A DNA stretch of 64,000 nt from a virus (IMGVR_UViG_3300031227_000028:18857-82856); one strand, 5' to 3'. Positions 45,010 through 55,311 are shown, numbered from the stretch's first letter. Translations and numbers: made by a program. The notes: a model not told the origin generated them from the sequence alone.

Positions 45010-47945
45010 TCTAACCCAATCTCCCCATCAATGTATGTAACATTAACAGCTGTTCCTGCACCATCATCATTAGTTGTAATATAATGAGCAGATATATTTG
45101 TTGATATTGTTGTATTAATATAATAGTTTGAAGTTATATTCCATAAACATCCGCTATTTGGTTGACTTATTGAACTAATACCATTATTACTAAAATTATA
45201 ATAAATTGGATATGCACCAGTTGCTGTTAAAGCTCCTGTAGTAAAATTATATACAGTATCAGTTGAACTCCAATTAGGAGTATAACTAATATTGCTTTTA
45301 GTTAATCCATAATTGTCCCAACAAAAACTTATTGATGAATTATATTCTGAAACAGTTGTAAAATTATAATCTAAAAGATAATTACTCCATAATCCATCAC
45401 TAACTAATATAGTATAATGATATGTTGTATCTGCTTCTCTATCTGTCCATAAATAACTAGTATTTGAACCACTTGTAACTCCAGTAGTTGTTTCTATAGG
45501 AGAACACGAATAAGTATTTTCACATGGATAATATATAACAGTTAAATCTCTGCCTTCTTCATCTAGAACATACACTGATAAATTAACCCAATTTAATTTT
45601 CCAGTGGCTCCAGCATCAGGAGAAACTAATGTAATAGTTACATTATTATATTGTCTTACCGCAATATATGAATAATATGAAGTTCCACTTGTATTAGTTG
45701 AATCATTTGAACCATAATAATCATAATTCAATCCACATGTTATGAATGAACCCACAGTAGATGCATTAGTAAGAATTTGTGAACCTATTTCCCCAGATAT
45801 TTCAGTATATGTTACTAAATTTACTGATTCATACCACGTATAATTTTGAACAGTAATAGGATTAACATTAGTATAAGTACAATTAATATAATCAACTCTT
45901 GTAGCATTTAAAACAGCTACTGTTGGTGTTATAGAAACAACTACTCCTCCAAATACTTCTGCTGTTGTAAATGTTATATTACTTTCTGAATCATTATAAA
46001 TTGTGTCACTAACTATATAAGACCAAGAATATGTAGTATTTATTATTCTATCATCCCAAGTTGTTGAAACTGTTGAACCATTTGTAACTGGATAAAAATT
46101 TGTTGCAGTACATCCAAAATCTGCACATTTATATATTGATACATTCATGTCTCTTCCTTGTTCATTTGAAACAGTTAAATTAAGATAAATAAGTTCTCTT
46201 TGGTCTGTTGCTGTGTCAATTGGAGATTCAGTTATAGTAAATGTATTTGTATCCCAAGGTAAAATTAATGTTGTAGTTGTGCTATTAAGTAAATAATCAG
46301 TACTCTCAAATGTATAATTAACTCCACATTTTAAATATGTTGAACTTGCAGTTTCATTTGAAGATATATTTTGTGTTGTTAAACTATCTATTAAAATAAA
46401 AGTAATATTATCACTTGAATTATACCAAGAATAATTATTAAATACTACTCCAGTTGCAATAGTATGTGAACAACTAACATTCTCAGAAAAAGTAATATTA
46501 CCTACAGCTGTAGTTGGAGTTTGAGTTATGATAATTTCTGAACCAATTAAAACATGTCCTTCTATTTTTCCAGAACCTTCTTGTCCTAATAATACTCCTA
46601 AATTACCATCATAATCTAAAGCCATATCTGGCATTATTTTTGTTTGTGAACCAGCTTGTTCAAACGAAGTACTATAAGTTGCATCATAATTCCATGATGT
46701 ACCATTCCATAAATAACCGTTTGCTGAATCAATATAACCTCCAACTAATGCTAAATAATCTGTACCATTAAAAGGATTATTAATGACATCTATATATGTA
46801 TTTGAACTAGTAGGTAATCCAACTACTATAGATGTATCTGCCACCCAAGTTTTTGTAATTGAATTCCAATAATAAGATTTATCATCACCACTATCTTGTT
46901 GTGAAATAATTAAATCTATTTCATCATTTCCAGAAATATTAGTAAATGAAGTTATTTTAAACCAAGGACCATTAACTGATGTATTAATTCCTGATATTGC
47001 TGTTGCATTAACTGCCCAAGATGAACCATCATATTGATATGCAGAATATGTAAATTCAGAAGTTTCATCACCAATAACTATTAAGCTCCAATTATTATCA
47101 TTAAATAAATTATATACAAATCCACAACTTGCCCATTTTAAACTAGCCATACTATTTAATAAAGTAGCATTTTCTACATAAGATGAACCATTCCATTGAT
47201 ATGCTGTTAAATTATTTAAATCTGTTCTTGTAGCAGAAGCAGATGATGCTTCAAGCATTATTTTATTATGTCCATAAAAATCACTAGCAGTACAAGTTCT
47301 ATGATTTTCATAATATGCTATTGCTGGGGCAATTGTATTATCTAAGGTCCATCCATATGATACCACTGGATCAAACATTCTTACATCATATTCTTCATAA
47401 CTTGTTTCTGGTTTATATCTAATTATTATTTTATCTGAACTTAATTGTTGAAATACTTTTGAGTAATAAGCACTGTCTTCCCATTCAACTTTCATTCTTC
47501 TTCCAAATGAAAATGGTGAATTTATTATTTGAGTTTCTCCACCATAAGTAATATCTCTATATTCAAAATGTAATATTTTGCCTTCACAATTTATACAAAT
47601 ATGTTTAGTTTCTATTGGAACTAATTCAACATCTGTTACATTACCATTAAATATATATTTAGATATAGTAGTTATATTATCTTTCCATAACGATTTTCTC
47701 TCTATAATAGTAAGGCCATTTTCATCATAAGTAGTTACTTCTCTTGATTTAGCACGCATTTTAGTTGTACCATCAAATAAATTTACATATTCTTTAGCTC
47801 CTAAATTCCATCCATCATCCCAAGTATAATATTCTGTTACTGTATTTTCTACTACTATCTTAACATTATCTGGCATCATTATATATATGCTAGCTGTAAG
47901 AATTATCATTATTAAAGTACCTAAAATTATTTTTTGTTTAACCAT
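45006..47945 (-). CDS. Large membrane-anchored surface glycoprotein-like protein
   Basis: N-terminal TM helix; repeated YQW(N/D)GSSW blades and Ig-like repeats; ~40 sequons by manual count. Confidence 0.65.
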   Translation of the reverse strand: MVKQKIILGTLIMIILTASIYIMMPDNVKIVVENTVTEYYTWDDGWNLGAKEYVNLFDGTTKMRAKSREVTTYDENGLTIIERKSLWKDNITTISKYIFNGNVTDVELVPIETKHICINCEGKILHFEYRDITYGGETQIINSPFSFGRRMKVEWEDSAYYSKVFQQLSSDKIIIRYKPETSYEEYDVRMFDPVVSYGWTLDNTIAPAIAYYENHRTCTASDFYGHNKIMLEASSASATRTDLNNLTAYQWNGSSYVENATLLNSMASLKWASCGFVYNLFNDNNWSLIVIGDETSEFTYSAYQYDGSSWAVNATAISGINTSVNGPWFKITSFTNISGNDEIDLIISQQDSGDDKSYYWNSITKTWVADTSIVVGLPTSSNTYIDVINNPFNGTDYLALVGGYIDSANGYLWNGTSWNYDATYSTSFEQAGSQTKIMPDMALDYDGNLGVLLGQEGSGKIEGHVLIGSEIIITQTPTTAVGNITFSENVSCSHTIATGVVFNNYSWYNSSDNITFILIDSLTTQNISSNETASSTYLKCGVNYTFESTDYLLNSTTTTLILPWDTNTFTITESPIDTATDQRELIYLNLTVSNEQGRDMNVSIYKCADFGCTATNFYPVTNGSTVSTTWDDRIINTTYSWSYIVSDTIYNDSESNITFTTAEVFGGVVVSITPTVAVLNATRVDYINCTYTNVNPITVQNYTWYESVNLVTYTEISGEIGSQILTNASTVGSFITCGLNYDYYGSNDSTNTSGTSYYSYIAVRQYNNVTITLVSPDAGATGKLNWVNLSVYVLDEEGRDLTVIYYPCENTYSCSPIETTTGVTSGSNTSYLWTDREADTTYHYTILVSDGLWSNYLLDYNFTTVSEYNSSISFCWDNYGLTKSNISYTPNWSSTDTVYNFTTGALTATGAYPIYYNFSNNGISSISQPNSGCLWNITSNYYINTTISTNISAHYITTNDDGAGTAVNVTYIDGEIGLE

Positions 47946-49546
47946 TAGAAAATCACCTGTCCATTTCCACTATCTAATAAAGCTGTTGATATATCTGTAT
48001 CAACAAAAATTGTATCATAATATTTATCTTCAAAAGTATTATTATAATTAAAAATTTCTAGTGTAGATAATACAGGAGTATATGTGGAATCATATGTTAT
48101 CATATCGTTACCTGCTTGACCAAAAGTTGAATTTCCAAATAAAAATACACTCCCACTAGCTGCACTATAATCTTTTTTAGTTAAAATAAATTTTTTTACT
48201 AAAACATTAATATCATTATATGAAGTTTCAAGTCTAGTTATAAAATCTGGAATACCAGTATCACCAGTTTGTATTTTTCTAATATCGTTAATTATTTGTT
48301 TTAATGTATCAGTTAATCCTTTAATTTTTTGAGACAAACTTATTGTAACAACATTACCACTATAACTTGTTTTAGTATTAAATTTATAAACTACTTTATT
48401 AATTTCATAAGTATTATTATTTTCGTTTTGTTTTGGTAAATTAACTAAAATTGTATTACCTGGGACTAAATATTCTATACCATTTGAAATTAATATACCT
48501 TCCATAAGTGCATCAGCACTTTCTTTAATAATTTGTTTAGCTCTATCTCTTGCTTCAACAGGGTCAGTAATTTCTTTATCAGTAATTACTTGTTCTTTTC
48601 TACCATATGAAATAACTGAACTACTATCTTGAGCAAATTTAACTATAGCTTGTCCTCTATCATAATCAATTGTAAATGCTTCTCCAGATGTTGGAATATT
48701 ATAACCTGAAGCAGTTCCTGAAACAAAAACAATATTACTATTACTAAAATCTACTAGATATTGAACACCAGATAAAGCTCCTTCATTAGTAGCATTTAAA
48801 ATACCACCATTAAGATGAGTTCCACTAACATTAACATCTGTGTTATATGGTGAATAAGTTAAACTATATTCTGAACCACCATTAGCAATAAAATCTTGTG
48901 TTGGAACTTTTGTGAATATTTTAGAACCATAAACCCAAACTCTATTAATAACTTCATCATCATTAACTTGAAAATTTGAACTTATTATATTAGTACTATC
49001 TAAAGTAACACCAGACGAAATTGAACCTTTTAATTCAAAATGTAAATCTCCATCTACATCTACATAAAAATAAAATCCTGCAAGTTCGGCTAATCTTTTT
49101 AAAGCATCAAAAACAGATGTATGATTAAATTGAATTTTATCTATTTCAATTCCAGTAGCATTAACATTATTAGTAGTTAATTCTGGAACATCTCCCATAA
49201 GTGATAAAACTATTGCACTAATTTCTGTATTATTAAAAATAACAGGCTCAACAGTTGAATCAATTAAAATAGTACCTTTATCTTTTCCAGATATTGTAAT
49301 AGTACCTGTATTTTCATTAGCCATATTACCAATGTCATCTACATTACCTTTAAAAATTTTTGTAGTATTTGAATAAATTTCTATTTCGTCATTAATAGTA
49401 AAATCATCTTTTCTAATTCCAGCACCACTATCAAATATAGCTTTAAAATTAGATACTGAATTATATTCTCCTCTACTATTAAAGATAGTTAAATCTTTAG
49501 ATTGAAAATACTCTACTCCATTTAAATATAATTTACCAATTATCAA
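47945..49546 (-). CDS. Baseplate hub/tail-tip protein
   Basis: Follows tape measure; IFKG.V, ISGKD, LAELAGFYFYVDVDGDLHF, NRVWVYG, YG..E; TTG start with GGTGA SD. Confidence 0.7.
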   Translation of the reverse strand: MIIGKLYLNGVEYFQSKDLTIFNSRGEYNSVSNFKAIFDSGAGIRKDDFTINDEIEIYSNTTKIFKGNVDDIGNMANENTGTITISGKDKGTILIDSTVEPVIFNNTEISAIVLSLMGDVPELTTNNVNATGIEIDKIQFNHTSVFDALKRLAELAGFYFYVDVDGDLHFELKGSISSGVTLDSTNIISSNFQVNDDEVINRVWVYGSKIFTKVPTQDFIANGGSEYSLTYSPYNTDVNVSGTHLNGGILNATNEGALSGVQYLVDFSNSNIVFVSGTASGYNIPTSGEAFTIDYDRGQAIVKFAQDSSSVISYGRKEQVITDKEITDPVEARDRAKQIIKESADALMEGILISNGIEYLVPGNTILVNLPKQNENNNTYEINKVVYKFNTKTSYSGNVVTISLSQKIKGLTDTLKQIINDIRKIQTGDTGIPDFITRLETSYNDINVLVKKFILTKKDYSAASGSVFLFGNSTFGQAGNDMITYDSTYTPVLSTLEIFNYNNTFEDKYYDTIFVDTDISTALLDSGNGQVIF

Positions 49547-49600
49547 TTATATTTCACCATTATATTTAACCATTATATTTAACCATTATATTTAATCATT
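49547..49600. repeat. 13-bp tandem repeat (~4 copies) across tape-measure stop and hub RBS
   Basis: ACCATTATATTTA units. Confidence 0.8.
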
Positions 49601-50967
49601 GTATTTAATTCTTCTTGAATAGCTCTATTAACTATATCACCATTAACTCCCATGATGTCACCATTAAAATTATAAGTATTACCTTGATTACTAGATGAAT
49701 TTGTATCGTTATTTGTTGCTCCTATTAAGCTAGAAGATTCTGGTATATTTTTTGATTCTTTAGAAGGTAAATTAAAAGATATTCCAGAATCTTCTGTTCC
49801 TAAAAAAGATAATTCATCAACAATAGAGCTAACACCATCAGAAAATAAATTTGCTGCTTCTGCTAATACTCTAAATATATCAACTAATCCATTAAGAGCT
49901 CCAGCCTCTTCAGCTAATTTAAATAAATTACCTAATGAAGTAACCATTGTTCCTAATGATTCACCAAGATTTGTAAATATTTCTAATAAATCAGGACCGC
50001 TATCTTTTATAAAATTTTTAAAAGAAGCAAAATTTTCTTGAGCTTGGTCCATATCAAATGTTTCTAAAAACCCTTCTGCAAGTGGTTTAAGTACATTATC
50101 TATTACATAATTATAAATTTCTTTAACTGAATCTATTACTCCTGTAATTTTATCTTTTATAACATCTGTATTTTCACTTAAAAAACTTAATACACCTGAA
50201 AGCATACCTTTAAAAGCGTCAAATATTCCTGTATCTCTAACTATTTCATCACCCATAATAACTAAAGTATCTTTTAAATTAGAAACCATTTGATTTGCTG
50301 TACCCATTTGATTCTTAAAAGCATCAGCAAATTGACCACCGGCTGCACCAGCGTTTTTAAAAGTTTGTTCTAATAAATCAAAACTAATTTCCCCATTACT
50401 AATCATATCACCAAGTTCTTCACCAGTTTTTCCTGTTGCCTCAGTTAATAAATCAAAAATTGGTATTCCTGCAAAAGCGAATTGTTTAATATCTAACATA
50501 GAAGCTTTTCCAACTGAACCGATTTGTTGTAAGTTAACAATAATTCTATCTAATTCAGGTTGTCCTTTTCCTGCAGCTGCTAAAGCTTTACCTATATCTA
50601 AAAGAAAACTTTCAGATCTAGCTGCATCTTTTGTAACAGTAGTTAATAATTTGTTAGCTGTAATTAAACCAGGTAATTCAAAAGGTGTAGCTGCTGCATC
50701 GATTTTAATTTGTTCAATAGCTTTATCTGCTTCTTCAGCACTTCCTAATAATGTTATGAAACCTTGTCTTTCTTGTTCTAAATTACTTGCTGTTTTTAAT
50801 GCTGCACCACCAGCTGCTACTGTTGCCGCACCGAAAGCTAATAAACTTTTAGTAGCTACTCCAACAACTTTACTTCCAAACCCTTTTAATTTAGAACTAA
50901 AAGCACTAAGTTTACTACTAGCTTTATCTTCTAATGATAATAATATATTAATCTTAGCATCTGCCAT
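49579..50967 (-). CDS. Tail tape measure protein
   Basis: Ala/Gly-rich helices; LLGS.E.A...AA.TPFEL tape-measure domain; follows tail chaperone. Confidence 0.88.
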   Translation of the reverse strand: MADAKINILLSLEDKASSKLSAFSSKLKGFGSKVVGVATKSLLAFGAATVAAGGAALKTASNLEQERQGFITLLGSAEEADKAIEQIKIDAAATPFELPGLITANKLLTTVTKDAARSESFLLDIGKALAAAGKGQPELDRIIVNLQQIGSVGKASMLDIKQFAFAGIPIFDLLTEATGKTGEELGDMISNGEISFDLLEQTFKNAGAAGGQFADAFKNQMGTANQMVSNLKDTLVIMGDEIVRDTGIFDAFKGMLSGVLSFLSENTDVIKDKITGVIDSVKEIYNYVIDNVLKPLAEGFLETFDMDQAQENFASFKNFIKDSGPDLLEIFTNLGESLGTMVTSLGNLFKLAEEAGALNGLVDIFRVLAEAANLFSDGVSSIVDELSFLGTEDSGISFNLPSKESKNIPESSSLIGATNNDTNSSSNQGNTYNFNGDIMGVNGDIVNRAIQEELNTMIKYNG

Positions 50968-51014
50968 TTTCTTTTTCCTTTAATTATTTAATATAAATAA
51001 AAATAAAATAAAAA

Positions 51015-51101
51015 TTAACATGTACCTTTTCCACGTCCACCTTTTGGTTTACTTGGTCTAGGACTTCTTTTTCTTGGTCCTTTTTTATCTCTATCTGCCA
51101 T
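51015..51101 (-). CDS. 28-aa basic peptide MADRDKKGPRKRSPRPSKPKGGRGKGTC
   Basis: AAAAAATG context; GC-richer than flanks; overlaps previous stop. Confidence 0.45.
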   Translation of the reverse strand: MADRDKKGPRKRSPRPSKPKGGRGKGTC

Positions 51102-51285
51102 TTTTTCGTTTGTTTTTCCTTTGTTGTTTAACTTTTTCTAATTCTAAATCTTTTTGATGATAATTATTTGCATCAACAAGGGCATTTATTTCAGCTATAG
51201 TTAATTTTGGAATTGTAAAAAATGTATATCCCATTTCATGAAGGAACCGAATATTTTTAACATCTATTCGGTAGCTGTAAAATTT
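51091..51285 (-). CDS. Tail assembly chaperone, -1 frameshift extension (gpGT-like)
   Basis: In-frame slippery heptamer A AAT TTT at 51285-51279; open -1 frame to 51091. Confidence 0.7.
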   Translation of the reverse strand, partial: KFYSYRIDVKNIRFLHEMGYTFFTIPKLTIAEINALVDANNYHQKDLELEKVKQQRKNKRKNGR

Positions 51286-51644
51286 TCCACATCACTATCT
51301 TTTCCTTTACGTTTTTCTTTCATTTCAAATTGAGATTTACCTGAACTTATAGCCATGATTGCTGTTAATAATGCATCAATATAATTTTTATCATACTTAA
51401 TATTTTTAGCTTCATCTAAACTAAAAGCTGGTTTTAAACAATGATTAACAATTATTTGTTCATCAATATAAGTTTCACCTTGTTTTAATCTACTAATATA
51501 ATCTGCTAATTCACCTTTTGTAATTGGTTTAACTAAAATTGTAGGTTTATTTTCTATATATTCAACAACTACATCAATAGGTACTAACACATTTTCATGA
51601 TTTCTTTCAAATAATATTCTATCTTTACTTAAATATTCACTCAT
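51264..51644 (-). CDS. Tail assembly chaperone (gpG-like)
   Basis: Upstream of tape measure; ends at slippery site. Confidence 0.7.
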   Translation of the reverse strand: MSEYLSKDRILFERNHENVLVPIDVVVEYIENKPTILVKPITKGELADYISRLKQGETYIDEQIIVNHCLKPAFSLDEAKNIKYDKNYIDALLTAIMAISSGKSQFEMKEKRKGKDSDVENFTATE

Positions 51645-52018
51645 TTTATTCCTCCCACTAATTTACTTTTAACAATGTTAACTACTCTATTTCTATTTCT
51701 ATCTGCAGTATTTCTAAAATGTCTTCTTGGACTAATTTTAGAAGTTCCATATTCTAAATGAACTGCATAATCTAAATCACTAATTACTTGAACTTTATCA
51801 ACACTAATTTTTTTCTTTTTAACTGAATTTAAAAATCTACCTGTATCAACACTTGTTTGTTCTGCTCGTCTTCCAGCAACACTTTGTTTAGTTTCTGCTA
51901 ATAAAAGATTAGCTCCTGTATTTAAAGCTGAACTTAATTCATCATTAGTTATTTCTGCTTTTTTTAATAATTTTTGAAGTTTATCTATACCTTCAATTTT
52001 AATTTCAGTTTTTACCAT
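51641..52018 (-). CDS. HK97 gp10-like tail completion protein
   Basis: IEGIDKL, VDTGRFLNS, YAVHLEYGT. Confidence 0.85.
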   Translation of the reverse strand: MVKTEIKIEGIDKLQKLLKKAEITNDELSSALNTGANLLLAETKQSVAGRRAEQTSVDTGRFLNSVKKKKISVDKVQVISDLDYAVHLEYGTSKISPRRHFRNTADRNRNRVVNIVKSKLVGGIK

Positions 52019-52046
52019 TTTTAAAAATTAAAAAAAATTAATATAA

Positions 52047-53030
52047 TCACCATGGATTATATTTTTCAATTGCATCATTAACAACACCACTAACTTTTTG
52101 TGGATTAATTGTTAATGACCATTGTTGTATTCCTTCGCTTGAACTTGGGTCTGGCATATCAGTTAATGAACATCCGCTATAAGTTAAAGTTAAATCTCTA
52201 CTTCCTAAAGTTGGTCCAATATATAATTCCATATTAAATATACTTCCACCTTGGAAATATTGTTCATAAAAAGTTTTAGCCCATTCAGTTGAAGAATCAA
52301 CAGTCATACCAATTTCATGGTCTCTATTTTCTGGTATTGGTACATCAATTTCTTGACTTCCATTATTATAATGTGGTGCGTTTAAATTTTGTGATACATT
52401 ATAATTCCAATCTCTAATATTATTAAAATTTGTTCCACCTAAAGTCCATTTACTATCTGCATGTATAAAAGGTCTTAATGCTGTTTCTGTAATTGCTGTT
52501 ACTGCACCAGAAGTATAAACTGATTCTTTAGCTATTGTTGCAGCTTCTGTTTCTATTATTCCACCTTCAGAACTTGTTATTGTAAATGAATCTACTACAC
52601 AACCATTAAATGTTTTAATATGATTCATTCCTAATCCTGAACATTGTTTAGCGTCTTCAACTGTAAAACTCATTGGTGGACAATTTGTACCACTAGTAAA
52701 TCCATTTGGTATACATGAAACTGCTTCTGTAATTGTATGAGTATAAGGGTTTGCTCCTGTATCTACAACAGTTCCTAATGCATAACCTAACAATCTCCAA
52801 TCTTGTGGATTATAAGTTAATGCTGGTGCATAATCTTTTGCTGTTTGAACGAATTTTCCTACGTTTCTACTATCTGTACCAGTATATCTAACTGATTCTA
52901 CATTTGTACTTTCATTTGGTTCTAGACTAGAAACCATTCCAATCCATTGACCAGTTCCAGAAACGTTTGCATATGTTCCTGATTCAAATATGAAAGCGTG
53001 TTGGTTTCTATCTCCTATAAATCTTCCCAT
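52047..53030 (-). CDS. Major tail tube protein
   Basis: ES.TY, SFTVE, F.GC.VDS pattern; GGTGA SD; position. Confidence 0.75.
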   Translation of the reverse strand: MGRFIGDRNQHAFIFESGTYANVSGTGQWIGMVSSLEPNESTNVESVRYTGTDSRNVGKFVQTAKDYAPALTYNPQDWRLLGYALGTVVDTGANPYTHTITEAVSCIPNGFTSGTNCPPMSFTVEDAKQCSGLGMNHIKTFNGCVVDSFTITSSEGGIIETEAATIAKESVYTSGAVTAITETALRPFIHADSKWTLGGTNFNNIRDWNYNVSQNLNAPHYNNGSQEIDVPIPENRDHEIGMTVDSSTEWAKTFYEQYFQGGSIFNMELYIGPTLGSRDLTLTYSGCSLTDMPDPSSSEGIQQWSLTINPQKVSGVVNDAIEKYNPW

Positions 53031-53058
53031 TGTTTTTCACCTTAAATTATTTTTATTA

Positions 53059-53514
53059 TTACACTGCTATATACTTATATGAAATAGATATAACATCTGA
53101 TTTTATACCAGCTTTACCTGGTTCGTCTACTGGAACAATACTATCTACTGAAAACCCATATAAGTCCTCGCTTAAACTAGTTCCAGAAGTAGTAAAAGGT
53201 TGTTGATTTTTTCTAAGTTTGTTTGCAATTGACCAAGATAAAGTATCTCGTTCAATTTCATTTCTACACCAAGCTCTAATTTCAAAAGGCAAAGTCACTT
53301 CCATATCGTTACTATTTTCACCTAATAAATCTAATTTTGGAGAATTTTTTCTAACTGTTAATATAGGATATCTTACTGGTCTATCAGGATAAGAAGTCAT
53401 TACAAATTTTTCATTAGAAATACGAGTACCAGAAATAGGGTCTGTGATATTATTTTTTAAGAAATCTCTTAAATATAAAGATGTACTACTAAATAAACTA
53501 TCTACATTTACCAT
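53059..53514 (-). CDS. Tail terminator-like protein
   Basis: YP.LTV pattern; precedes tail tube. Confidence 0.6.
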   Translation of the reverse strand: MVNVDSLFSSTSLYLRDFLKNNITDPISGTRISNEKFVMTSYPDRPVRYPILTVRKNSPKLDLLGENSNDMEVTLPFEIRAWCRNEIERDTLSWSIANKLRKNQQPFTTSGTSLSEDLYGFSVDSIVPVDEPGKAGIKSDVISISYKYIAV

Positions 53515-53520
53515 TTTTTT

Positions 53521-53562
53521 GACCTCGCTTAGTCTAATCCTTTACTCGCTTGTAAAAGATTT
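53521..53562 (-). promoter_or_regulatory. Tandem hairpins with identical AAGCGA loops over the RBS
   Basis: AATCTTTTAC-AAGCGA-GTAAAGGATT and GACT-AAGCGA-GGTC. Confidence 0.55.
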
Positions 53563-53569
53563 AAATTAA

Positions 53570-53995
53570 TTATTCACCAATTAGTGAACCATTTGTTAAT
53601 CGTCTTATATATAATTTATGATAAACTTCATCGCCTTGAGCATTCCAAGTTCTTGCTCCACCTTCAATTATACCATATTCATTTTGTATTGGAGAACCAA
53701 TACCTATTTTCATTTCGCCTGATATATTAACATCCGCTAATACATATAATTTTGAATCGTCTGATTTTAATAAACCTTGTTCGTTATGAAATTCTTGTGA
53801 ACTACCATATAAATCTCTATTATTTATTGGTTGTTTTATTCCTGAAGTCCAAACATCAGTAGGATTTTTTAACCCTGATACATTATCATAACCATCATCA
53901 ACATATGTTACTTCAAAATATCTAAATCTAACTGGAAAACCTGTTTCATCAATAACTTGTTGAAAGTCGTCTTTTAAATCTTGTGAAGTAACCAT
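53570..53995 (-). CDS. Head closure/head-tail joining protein
   Basis: Size, position, beta-rich. Confidence 0.55.
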   Translation of the reverse strand: MVTSQDLKDDFQQVIDETGFPVRFRYFEVTYVDDGYDNVSGLKNPTDVWTSGIKQPINNRDLYGSSQEFHNEQGLLKSDDSKLYVLADVNISGEMKIGIGSPIQNEYGIIEGGARTWNAQGDEVYHKLYIRRLTNGSLIGE

Positions 53996-53997
53996 TT

Positions 53998-54222
53998 TTA
54001 TTTATTACTATAATTTCTTTTTCCGTCGTCTTTTAAATCTTCAGTAAAATTATCAATTCTTTTTTTATCTTTCTTAGATAATTTTCTTGGTAATTCTTTT
54101 GGTATATCTTCTTCATTAACATATTTGTAAGAACCTAAAGATATTAATTCTGTTGCTTTTTCTTCAGAAACTTCAACAATTTCTTTTGGTTGAAATTTAC
54201 CTATATATTTTATTTTAACCAT
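53998..54222 (-). CDS. Small hypothetical virion-module protein
   Basis: EIVEVSEEKATELI pattern. Confidence 0.55.
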   Translation of the reverse strand: MVKIKYIGKFQPKEIVEVSEEKATELISLGSYKYVNEEDIPKELPRKLSKKDKKRIDNFTEDLKDDGKRNYSNK

Positions 54223-54228
54223 TTTTAT

Positions 54229-54612
54229 TTAACCAAATAATTGATAATGTGAAACTTTTCTACCAATTAAATTTAAATCATCATCAACTAACTCGTTATA
54301 ATAAGCAGCAGCTGCATCGATTGAACTTGAATTAGTTTTATCAATAGTAAAGTCACCCAATTTAATTTTCGAAGCATCTCCACCTTGTAACGCTAAAGGT
54401 TTAACTAATCTAGCTATTGTACCATTTAAAATTATATCTTGATATTTTAAATCAATTGAATCTGAACCTATTTCAACACCAATAAATCTACCAGCATAAT
54501 CTCTAGACCTATCTGCCATTCCAGTTAAAGAAGTACCAGATATACTAGTTGGTATATTATCTATTAAATTATGCACTTCTTGCGTTACACTACCTAAATT
54601 CCATAAACCGAT
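54229..54612 (-). CDS. Head-tail adaptor; probable ATC start at 54612 (track uses GTG 54576)
   Basis: IKLGDFTI adaptor-like motif; GGTGA-ATTAAA-ATC in frame. Confidence 0.55.
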   Translation of the reverse strand: MGLWNLGSVTQEVHNLIDNIPTSISGTSLTGMADRSRDYAGRFIGVEIGSDSIDLKYQDIILNGTIARLVKPLALQGGDASKIKLGDFTIDKTNSSSIDAAAAYYNELVDDDLNLIGRKVSHYQLFG

Positions 54613-54622
54613 TTTAATTCAC

Positions 54623-55003
54623 CTATTTATATCTAACTTCAACTGATGTTATATTTTTTGCTGAACCTAATCCTGAACCTGTTACATAAATATTTTCCAT
54701 TAAAGCTCTTTCAGTAAATCCGTTTGAAATTGCTCCTGCGGCATTATCAGTAACTGCTACTCTTGGATAACTAACTATATTTGCTGCAAAACTTAATTGT
54801 GTATCTAATAAAATATTTGTACCAGATTCAAAAACATATAAACTACCTGTATTTGTTGTATTATTATAATTGTATTGAATAGATTGTAATAATCCGTTTA
54901 ATGGATTTGATGTATAAACTGGTGCTAATATTCCTCCTGTAGTACTTGTTAAAGTACCTGATTCAGGGAATTTATAATTTTTAAGTCTTTCTCCATTAAC
55001 CAT
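54623..55003 (-). CDS. Hypothetical virion protein
   Basis: Beta-rich; head module. Confidence 0.55.
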   Translation of the reverse strand: MVNGERLKNYKFPESGTLTSTTGGILAPVYTSNPLNGLLQSIQYNYNNTTNTGSLYVFESGTNILLDTQLSFAANIVSYPRVAVTDNAAGAISNGFTERALMENIYVTGSGLGSAKNITSVEVRYK

Positions 55004-55012
55004 TTTTAAATC

Positions 55013-55243
55013 CTACATAAATGTATATTTGTTTTTACATTTATTGCATATATAATCATCATATTTAACATGTGTTAATGTTTCTCCACAAACACATTTT
55101 TTAGATTCTTTTTTAATTTTAACTTTAATTTCTTTGATTTCTTTAATTTCTTCTTTAACTTCTTTTTTTAAAACTTTTAATGATTTTACGAAATCTTTTT
55201 TAAAATCTTTTTTAGAATCTTTTTTAGTTTTAGTCTTAGCCAT
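55013..55243 (-). CDS. Lys-rich protein with C-terminal Zn ribbon
   Basis: CVCG...CNKC. Confidence 0.6.
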   Translation of the reverse strand: MAKTKTKKDSKKDFKKDFVKSLKVLKKEVKEEIKEIKEIKVKIKKESKKCVCGETLTHVKYDDYICNKCKNKYTFM

Positions 55244-55256
55244 AATTATTACCTTA

Positions 55257-55311
55257 AATAAAATAAAAATAAAAATAAAAAAATAAAAAAAATAAAAAAA
55301 ATAAAAAACAA
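55257..55311 (-). terminator. Oligo-T terminator after capsid genes
   Basis: Repeated T4-T8 runs on the - strand. Confidence 0.55.
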
